A stretch of DNA of 64,000 nt from a virus, in the IMG/VR virus record IMGVR_UViG_3300029258_002996, one strand, 5' to 3'. Shown here piece after piece: positions 57,464 to 64,000 of the stretch. A program made the translations under genes and the position numbers. The notes below the pieces were generated by a model. That model saw only the letters and a program-made list of their open reading frames with translations, was not told where the DNA came from and did no database searches. Positions within the stretch are counted from its first letter, which is position 1, and each line of letters starts with the position of its first letter.

Positions 57464-58540
57464 TCATTGACCGCATACCCTTGTTGCAAACAATTCCCAA
57501 ACCACCTTCGGATAGGTGGCGTACTTCATAGCTTCGAAGCTCTTCTCCCACAACCCGTCAATCCTTCGCACATCCTCAAGGGACAAGGTTAAATTACCAG
57601 AAAGGGATTCGTAGGGGATTCCAGTCAAGTAGGATACCTCGGGTCCGAGACCGCTCAAATACACCGAAAAATCCCTCAAAAGTATAGGGATTCCGTCAAT
57701 ATAGAGCTGAACCAAATCTCGGCCCTCCCAATACCATCTGGAAATTTCTTTCAAAAAAAGTGGGAGATTTCTCTGGTCGAGGACATCTGCAAGGTCTCCG
57801 TACTCCTCGACAGAGACAATTCCTACCGTATCACGAAGTAAATTCACCGACAGTTCACCGCCCTGCGCGGCGAGCATCAGACGTTCGAGCACCTGCTGCA
57901 CGTCCCGGAGAGATCCGCCGCCGAGGAGGGCCAGATTCTCCACGAAGGCGTCCTCAGCCGCGTGCCCCTCTCGTTCGAGGAGGGAGCGCACATTCGAGGC
58001 CACGTCCGCCACGGAAAGCGGCTGGAGGGGCATCTGGAGACATCTGGAACGAATCGTGTCTTCGAGCCTCTGCGGATCCGTCGTCACCAGAATGAAAACG
58101 GTGTTGGGTGGCGGCTCTTCGAGGATCTTGAGCAACGCGGCCTGCGCGGACTTGGAGAGCATATGGACCTCGTCCAGGATGAGGATCCGGTATCGATGGA
58201 GAATCGTGTGCTTGACGAGGACCTCGAAATCGCGGACGTGCTCGACCCCCGAGTAGGAAGCCGCGTCGAACTCCAAAATGGACTGATTCGCACCCCGGGA
58301 GGCGTCCACGCAGGACTCGCACTGGTCGCAGATCTCCTGCTGCTCGGAGAAAGTCGGACAATTAAGAGCCTTGGCGTACAGCCGCGCCAGCGTGGTCTTC
58401 CCTACGCCCCGCATCCCCGAAAACAGCAAAGCTGCCGGAACCCGACCCATCAGAATCGAGTTGATCAAGATTCTCACCGAAGCAGACTGTCCCGCTACCT
58501 CAGCAAACCGCTGAGGTCGGTATTTCACCGACAATTGCAC
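57464..58540 (-). CDS. dnaX: DNA polymerase III gamma/tau (clamp loader)
   Basis: KYRPQRF, GMRGVGKTT, Zn cluster, ILDEVHMLS, LLKILEEPP, TIRSRC, GSLRD. Confidence 0.95.
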   Translation of the reverse strand: MQLSVKYRPQRFAEVAGQSASVRILINSILMGRVPAALLFSGMRGVGKTTLARLYAKALNCPTFSEQQEICDQCESCVDASRGANQSILEFDAASYSGVEHVRDFEVLVKHTILHRYRILILDEVHMLSKSAQAALLKILEEPPPNTVFILVTTDPQRLEDTIRSRCLQMPLQPLSVADVASNVRSLLEREGHAAEDAFVENLALLGGGSLRDVQQVLERLMLAAQGGELSVNLLRDTVGIVSVEEYGDLADVLDQRNLPLFLKEISRWYWEGRDLVQLYIDGIPILLRDFSVYLSGLGPEVSYLTGIPYESLSGNLTLSLEDVRRIDGLWEKSFEAMKYATYPKVVWELFATRVCGQ

Positions 58541-58743
58541 TTATTACCTATTGACCTCGTCTTCTCAGCTCTACTAACGCCCGTGACAAATCCATACTGG
58601 CCCGTTTTAGATCTCCAGTTTCTCGACTTCCTGAAAATGCGGCCCATTTGTCTTTTTTTCAGCAACTCTTTGACTTTCTTAGCTCTCTTCAAAAATCTCT
58701 GAGCTTCGAACACCGCTTCATCCAGAGTCTTTCGCGTAATCAT
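58525..58743 (-). CDS. Small basic hypothetical protein
   Basis: Operonic ORF. Confidence 0.45.
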   Translation of the reverse strand: MITRKTLDEAVFEAQRFLKRAKKVKELLKKRQMGRIFRKSRNWRSKTGQYGFVTGVSRAEKTRSIGNKCNCR

Positions 58744-58752
58744 GATCTTCCC

Positions 58753-59646
58753 CTACTTGTAGAGCTTCAGATCGATCCCATAAAACTCTTTCATAGCCTT
58801 CTTGATCCGAACCACCCGAGGAGACTTGTTCTCGGGCTTTCCGTAGCCCCAGTTTCCGAACTTGGACCGGCACGCCTTCTTCCACGCCAGCCCGAAATAG
58901 CGCTCCTCGGTGACACCCGAATTCTTCACCGTTTTGAACAGCCGGTACGCAGCTCCGGGGTTGTTCTGCCACAGATTAAAAAACAAAGCGGGAGCTGGCG
59001 TGTCCCACGTCCCGTCGAGAAGCCACGCAATCGACTTGCCGCCGAGCGGAGAACGTTTGAACTGAAGCTCGCGCTTGAACTCCTGGATGGCGAACTGGAT
59101 CTGAGCTTCCGGCACCGCGAACTGATGTGCGAGATCGACGAAAATCTTCGCAAGCTTGAGAGCATGGAACTTTTGGTCCTTAAGGGTTTTGTACTGCGTG
59201 CGCCCCATGCACACATCGTCGATCCTCTTCTTCTGACTCTTGTTTCGAGGATCCAGCTTCTTCCCCGTCGCCAACTCGACAAACTTACCGCCTTGGATAC
59301 AAAACCCGCAACGTTCGAATATCTGCACGTCTTCCTCAAGCTCACAGACCTCATCGAACAGGGTGTGATGCACCTCGGAGGGAGTGTCCAGATCGTAGTA
59401 CGGAATAGACTTGAACGATTCGAGCAGCTTCTGGAGTCGACCCGAGGTGAAGGTCCACTGCATGAACCCCCAGGTGATTCCCGTCGCATCGTAGGAGACC
59501 ACCGTATCGTGGTTACCTTCGCACCTGGCGATAACGCCCATAATCTTGTCCCACATGTCCCACGGCTGCGGAGGATCGTACTTGAGAGACCCTCGATGCT
59601 TTGCACCCTGGTGATTCTTCCATTTTACCCATTGAACTTTGCCCAT
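58753..59646 (-). CDS. Lysozyme-fold peptidoglycan hydrolase-like protein
   Basis: CEGNHDTVVSYDATGITWGFMQWT motif. Confidence 0.6.
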   Translation of the reverse strand: MGKVQWVKWKNHQGAKHRGSLKYDPPQPWDMWDKIMGVIARCEGNHDTVVSYDATGITWGFMQWTFTSGRLQKLLESFKSIPYYDLDTPSEVHHTLFDEVCELEEDVQIFERCGFCIQGGKFVELATGKKLDPRNKSQKKRIDDVCMGRTQYKTLKDQKFHALKLAKIFVDLAHQFAVPEAQIQFAIQEFKRELQFKRSPLGGKSIAWLLDGTWDTPAPALFFNLWQNNPGAAYRLFKTVKNSGVTEERYFGLAWKKACRSKFGNWGYGKPENKSPRVVRIKKAMKEFYGIDLKLYK

Positions 59647-59654
59647 GACTCCTC

Positions 59655-61880
59655 CTACGCAGCTTCTTCCTCTTCCTTGAGGTGTTTGTCCGACCACCTC
59701 TGAACGATTCCCGTATCGACCTTAATCGGAACTCGTAGCTGAGTGAACTCCTGAAGACGGTCCTCCATGCAATAATCCATGATTCGATCTACCTGCTCCA
59801 GACAAGACCGATGACAACATACTACCAACTCGTCGTGAATATGAAGAATCGGGGCCGCGTCGAGGTTTTGCCCCCTCAACTCCTCGCCAATCCAGATCAA
59901 AGAAAAACTCGCCATATCCACGGCAGTTCCCTGAATCGGTGCATTCACGCCCTGACGCAGCGCACGGCTCACGCGACCTTTTATGTACTTGACTTCAGTA
60001 TTGACAAAACAGGAATGCAGATGAGGACAATCGGGACAGCGTTTGCTGTGTGGGTAGTAATGTTTGGCCTTCAGATGACTCTTGAGCTGCGGTGCGGTGA
60101 TGTCGAGCACATCATCGGGGTCGATCCCCATCATGCGCACCTGAGGACCGTCCCGGTAACAGCTTGGTCGATACTCCTCATCCGGCCATTGCATCCCGGG
60201 AGGGGGCTCCAACATTCCATCGGGAAGGTGGCGACGGCGACCAAAAAGATTGATAACGTATCCGTACTCTCGGATGAACTGATGGGTTTGCTCAATCCAC
60301 TGACGAAGGACTGGAGCTGCCCCAAAATACTCATCATAGATGAGATGGTGCGCTTCCTCAACGGTGATTCCGAGCCTCTGCGCCAATGAAAAGTCAGACT
60401 CTCCGTAAGCAATCCCGAAATTCACGGTTTTCGCGCTCGAACGCTTATCCGGGTAGAGTTTTTTGACATCCTTGACATCGCACGGGAGATTCCAAATGCG
60501 GTGCGCCATCGCCGCATGCATGTCGTAACCCTGGTTGAAACCATCAATCCACACCGGCTCACCTGACATGTGCGCGATGACTCGAAGCTCGATCTGGCTG
60601 AAATCCTTGAAAATGAGAACATAGTCTTCGGGCGTACACCACACGGATTTTACGATCATGCCGCCATTCTCAGGGCGAGGAAGAGTCGTCAAGTTCGGAT
60701 CCGTCAGCTTCAGCCGACCGGTACGGGAGTCCATCCAGTACTCGGGGTGGACCCAACCTATAGCGCCATTGTTAGTAACCTCCACCACCCCTTCGAGCGC
60801 CGGTTCGATGTAGTGTCCGTGGATTTGCTCGGCTCGTCGAAACTTGAGCACATGATCGCCAATCGGATGCTTGAGATTCTTCATCGAGTCGGCATCGGTC
60901 GCCCACTTACCATCTTTGGTTTTCTTGCCTCCGGCAAGCTGCATCACCTCGAAGAGAATCGCGCCGAGCTGGGAACTGGAGGCCACGTTGAACTTTTGCC
61001 CAGAGATTTCCTGGATCTTCTCCGCCGCCTCGGCCATCGCACGAGCTTGGTCATCGCGGACGTAGCGAGCCATTGCCATATCGAGAGGAACACCGTGCAG
61101 CTCCATCAGCATCAAAGCGTGCTGCAACGGCATGACCAGCTCACGAAACAGACGCAACATCCCCTCTTCTTCCAGCATTCGCTCGAACACGAGCTTGAGG
61201 GACAAAGTCAAATCGGAGTCCGCGCAACCATAAGGGTAAAGCACCTGAAGAGGAACCTTCGAATATCGACGCATATGAGGATCATAATGCTCCAGAGCAC
61301 TCTCCAGACCAGTCTTGAACAAGCTCGACTGCGCATCAAGGTACGAATCGGACATTCCGAGCTTGATTACTTGACCTTCTTTTCCATAATCAGATTTCAA
61401 AGCATGTGAGCAAGTGCGCCGGTCCTCATCGAGCAACGAATGGGCAAGCATCGTATCGAAAGTAAAATTCTGAACCTCGATGTCGAGCAATCTCTTGAGA
61501 TTCTTACAGTCAAACTTTCCATTTTGCGCGATCTTGGGGACATCGTTTTCTAAGATCTCCCGAACTGCCTTAAGAACGGCTTCTTGCCGGGATCCCCACG
61601 CTGGAGAATCGTCAGAACGGTGGAGCTGGATGTAAGCAGCGTTCCCCGGTTTCCAAGGGTCGGTAACTTCAGTACGGCCCCAGGCAAAGGACACCCCGCT
61701 GACTAAATGTACAAATTCGGGTGGAAGCTTCCGCTTCCCCCTCCAGGTCGGATGGTTCGTCTCAATGTCGAACGCGAACTCAGTAGTCTTCTCCAGCTCT
61801 CGAATAAGCCAAGAAAGCTTCTTCGGATTATCAATCAGATGATAGGTAGCTGGAATCTTATCTTTTAAAAAGTAGAGCAT
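59655..61880 (-). CDS. polA: Family A DNA polymerase (3'-5' exonuclease plus polymerase, no 5' nuclease)
   Basis: FDIET, QNGKFD, YGCAD, TGRL, DFSQIELR, KTVNFGIAYG, NAPIQGTA, HIHDEL. Confidence 0.95.
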   Translation of the reverse strand: MLYFLKDKIPATYHLIDNPKKLSWLIRELEKTTEFAFDIETNHPTWRGKRKLPPEFVHLVSGVSFAWGRTEVTDPWKPGNAAYIQLHRSDDSPAWGSRQEAVLKAVREILENDVPKIAQNGKFDCKNLKRLLDIEVQNFTFDTMLAHSLLDEDRRTCSHALKSDYGKEGQVIKLGMSDSYLDAQSSLFKTGLESALEHYDPHMRRYSKVPLQVLYPYGCADSDLTLSLKLVFERMLEEEGMLRLFRELVMPLQHALMLMELHGVPLDMAMARYVRDDQARAMAEAAEKIQEISGQKFNVASSSQLGAILFEVMQLAGGKKTKDGKWATDADSMKNLKHPIGDHVLKFRRAEQIHGHYIEPALEGVVEVTNNGAIGWVHPEYWMDSRTGRLKLTDPNLTTLPRPENGGMIVKSVWCTPEDYVLIFKDFSQIELRVIAHMSGEPVWIDGFNQGYDMHAAMAHRIWNLPCDVKDVKKLYPDKRSSAKTVNFGIAYGESDFSLAQRLGITVEEAHHLIYDEYFGAAPVLRQWIEQTHQFIREYGYVINLFGRRRHLPDGMLEPPPGMQWPDEEYRPSCYRDGPQVRMMGIDPDDVLDITAPQLKSHLKAKHYYPHSKRCPDCPHLHSCFVNTEVKYIKGRVSRALRQGVNAPIQGTAVDMASFSLIWIGEELRGQNLDAAPILHIHDELVVCCHRSCLEQVDRIMDYCMEDRLQEFTQLRVPIKVDTGIVQRWSDKHLKEEEEAA

Positions 61881-62512
61881 TATTCTTCGGAATAATAGCC
61901 GCCTTCGATCCCAGCAGTATTTCCAAAATTCTCAGATTTCGATTCGGACTGTGAGATATTTTCTTTTTCAAATTTTTCGAGATATCGCCAACTCTCACCT
62001 ACCGAAATCAAGAGATCCCGAAGACTACGCTGTTGGATAGACATTGACAGCCTGCGCTCACCCTCAGAGACGAACTCGTGGCAACATCGAATCGCCAAAT
62101 CGCCATCTACGGAGCGGTTGTACGCTTCGACGAGCACGCTCCCACGTTTAAATTCGGTGAGCTTCTTTCGCCCTTCGATCCCCTCGTCAACTTCCCGAGG
62201 AATGACCCCGAACCGCTCTCCCACTACTTCATGATTATCGATTCGTCGTTCGCGAGAATTTCTCATCTCTTTATGACGCTTGGAGATGAACTCCAGGGCC
62301 TCGGTTACGGCGATCACTAAAGAGGGGATTTGATCCTTGGGGATAAAATGCGAAAGGCGTCGATCACCGTCCAAGATCATCTCCGCAGTGCAAAACACGT
62401 CGAAAACGATCATCAAGTCCGACTTTGATCGGTTGTCGATGGCCTTCTGGTAAACTTCTACGGTGGCGTTGTCCTTCACGAATTCCGCCACCTTAAAAGG
62501 TCGTGTAGACAT
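61880..62512 (-). CDS. Protein with two tandem homologous domains (PC4-like fold possible)
   Basis: F.K....VEVY....D...GDRRLS is repeated as FKRG..LVEAY...D...GERRLS. Confidence 0.65.
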   Translation of the reverse strand: MSTRPFKVAEFVKDNATVEVYQKAIDNRSKSDLMIVFDVFCTAEMILDGDRRLSHFIPKDQIPSLVIAVTEALEFISKRHKEMRNSRERRIDNHEVVGERFGVIPREVDEGIEGRKKLTEFKRGSVLVEAYNRSVDGDLAIRCCHEFVSEGERRLSMSIQQRSLRDLLISVGESWRYLEKFEKENISQSESKSENFGNTAGIEGGYYSEE

Positions 62513-62528
62513 AGAGTTCACCTTCCTC

Positions 62529-63221
62529 TTAGCTCTCGACGACCGTTTTTCTCGACTCTCGTAATTTTTCGACTTCTTCTCGGAGTACATAGTTACACCC
62601 ATCGATTACGATTCGCTGCAAGTTCCCACGCTTGACGTGAGAGTACATGTTTACGTAGGTGCATCCGTAAAGTCGGCTCGCTTCCGTGATCGAGAGCAGC
62701 TCGCGACCGGTGTCGTCGTAGAGCGGACCCAATCGCCGTTTGGGTTTCTTTTCCGGTTGATCTGAGCCGTTCGGTTCCGGCTCGACTTCGATCTCCAACT
62801 GCATTCCGTCGTGAATGACGGGATCCTGCAACGTTTTCTCCTTTTTCGAAGGAATAGTACAACGCTCCATCACGAGTTGGTAGAGTTTTTTGTACGTCAA
62901 GCTCCCAAGATTGTGCTGAATCGCCTTCGGAATGCTGTTCTTTTTGGATGCGCCTATCCCGAGACGAAAAGCGTACATTCCCAAGCAGAAGTAGTTTATG
63001 TGACAAGTGATCTTGCATTGCCTCCCTAATATATTACCGCAATGCTCGCAGGATTTCCCACCCTCCACAGGAGCTTGAGGGTTGCAGTAGTGCGAATCTA
63101 ACTTCGGATCCGAGAAACATTCAGTCCCGAGTACTTCATCGCCCAGCGCACAAGAGTAGAATTTGTTGATACGTTTGAGCATTTCGGAATCCAGAGTAAG
63201 TTTTGGCTTTATTTCCTCCAC
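62529..63221 (-). CDS. Cys-rich protein with C-terminal MerR/Xis-type HTH
   Basis: LLSITEASRLYGCTYVNMYSHVKRGNL. Confidence 0.7.
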   Translation of the reverse strand: MEEIKPKLTLDSEMLKRINKFYSCALGDEVLGTECFSDPKLDSHYCNPQAPVEGGKSCEHCGNILGRQCKITCHINYFCLGMYAFRLGIGASKKNSIPKAIQHNLGSLTYKKLYQLVMERCTIPSKKEKTLQDPVIHDGMQLEIEVEPEPNGSDQPEKKPKRRLGPLYDDTGRELLSITEASRLYGCTYVNMYSHVKRGNLQRIVIDGCNYVLREEVEKLRESRKTVVES

Positions 63222-63230
63222 ATTCTCCTC

Positions 63231-64000
63231 CTAGATCAAATCTTTCATCAGCATTGTCACGCCGCACCGCTCTTTACCGTCAGACAGGGCAAACATATTG
63301 TCCATGTCGCGCAGCACTGGATTACCATCACATTCTTTGACCGTGTTCAAGAAAATCTTCCTATTTATTCGAAAAGACGGCAATTCAGACTCGTTGCCAT
63401 CTACGCATTCGAGATTCTCGGAAAGATCGAAACCGGTAACGGACTGTGCGCTGATTTTCCAGACCGGAAGCTTCGAAGAGGACATTCCGACAAAATCAAA
63501 GCGTACCAAGGTCTCCTCCTCGCGCATCACTGACGAAATCATCTCCAAAGTTACGACAAGCTGTTGCTTATCGAAGACAAACGTTTCCCGACTTGGAGCG
63601 AGCTGCGCAACACTATCCTCCAGGTGTAGGTAAGACCCGTACTCGGACGGATGCGAATCTACTAGAGTCGGCATGTAGAAATACAAACCACTCTCCAAAA
63701 CCACGCCAAAATGATCTTTTCGATACAAAAATGACTGAACTCGATCCGAGAGAGAGCGAATCGCCTGGGAAATTTCCGGAGGTATGAGAATTCGAGAGTG
63801 CGCCAGCGATACTTTTGGAAAAGCTGCGACTCGAAATGCGTTATCGCCAAACTGAATGAGCCTTGTGATATTCCGATAATCGTTGTCAATCAGGATCCCC
63901 GGATATCGTCGACTATTCGGAATAATTTTCGAGCACTGAGCCACTTGTCGCGACATCCACTTGGCAAGCTCCGTATCCATAACTTCAAAATTGGGAACTC
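63231..64000 (-). CDS. dnaN: DNA polymerase III beta clamp-like protein (5' end beyond the window)
   Basis: FVFDKQQLVVTLEMIS, FRINRKIFLNTVK and terminal TMLMK follow the beta-clamp domain pattern; the frame is open to the window edge. Confidence 0.6.
   Translation of the reverse strand, partial: VPNFEVMDTELAKWMSRQVAQCSKIIPNSRRYPGILIDNDYRNITRLIQFGDNAFRVAAFPKVSLAHSRILIPPEISQAIRSLSDRVQSFLYRKDHFGVVLESGLYFYMPTLVDSHPSEYGSYLHLEDSVAQLAPSRETFVFDKQQLVVTLEMISSVMREEETLVRFDFVGMSSSKLPVWKISAQSVTGFDLSENLECVDGNESELPSFRINRKIFLNTVKECDGNPVLRDMDNMFALSDGKERCGVTMLMKDLI

Noticed and set aside
59975-60220. Intein in the polymerase
   Set aside because: Too short, and it lacks the N-terminal C/S and C-terminal HN-[CST] splice motifs.
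1-64000. Stop-codon reassignment as seen in some large phages
   Set aside because: Conserved genes are full length in code 11, and TAA, TAG and TGA all occur as terminal stops.

Overview
This 64 kb window comes from a large (jumbo-type) bacteriophage or phage-like element. It uses the standard genetic code, and essentially all genes are on the minus strand. From left to right: (1) a type V-F CRISPR module with a 36-nt-repeat array (13 repeats, running off the left edge), an AsCas12f1-like effector that appears nuclease-dead (RuvC-I Asp to Asn, first half of the Zn finger deleted), a putative tracrRNA with a split anti-repeat upstream of the gene, and no cas1/2/4 in the window; (2) a ~2.3 kb non-coding region rich in repeats and GATC (origin or packaging site); (3) ~17 kb of small accessory genes driven by a recurring sigma70-like promoter, including a tmRNA, two aberrant tRNA-like RNAs and gene cassettes joined by exact direct repeats; (4) large acidic proteins built from modules separated by a recurring basic [RK][RK]xA(Q/E/M) linker, probably protease-processed virion cargo polyproteins, interspersed with an SNF2/HARP helicase, a DNA methyltransferase and an SLT-like protein; (5) a replication/recombination operon with trigger factor, RusA, SbcC/SbcD, RecA, gp32-like SSB, a UvsY-like protein, DnaX, a family A polymerase with a Cys4 insert, and a beta clamp. 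All family assignments come from motif recognition by eye; no database searches were run.
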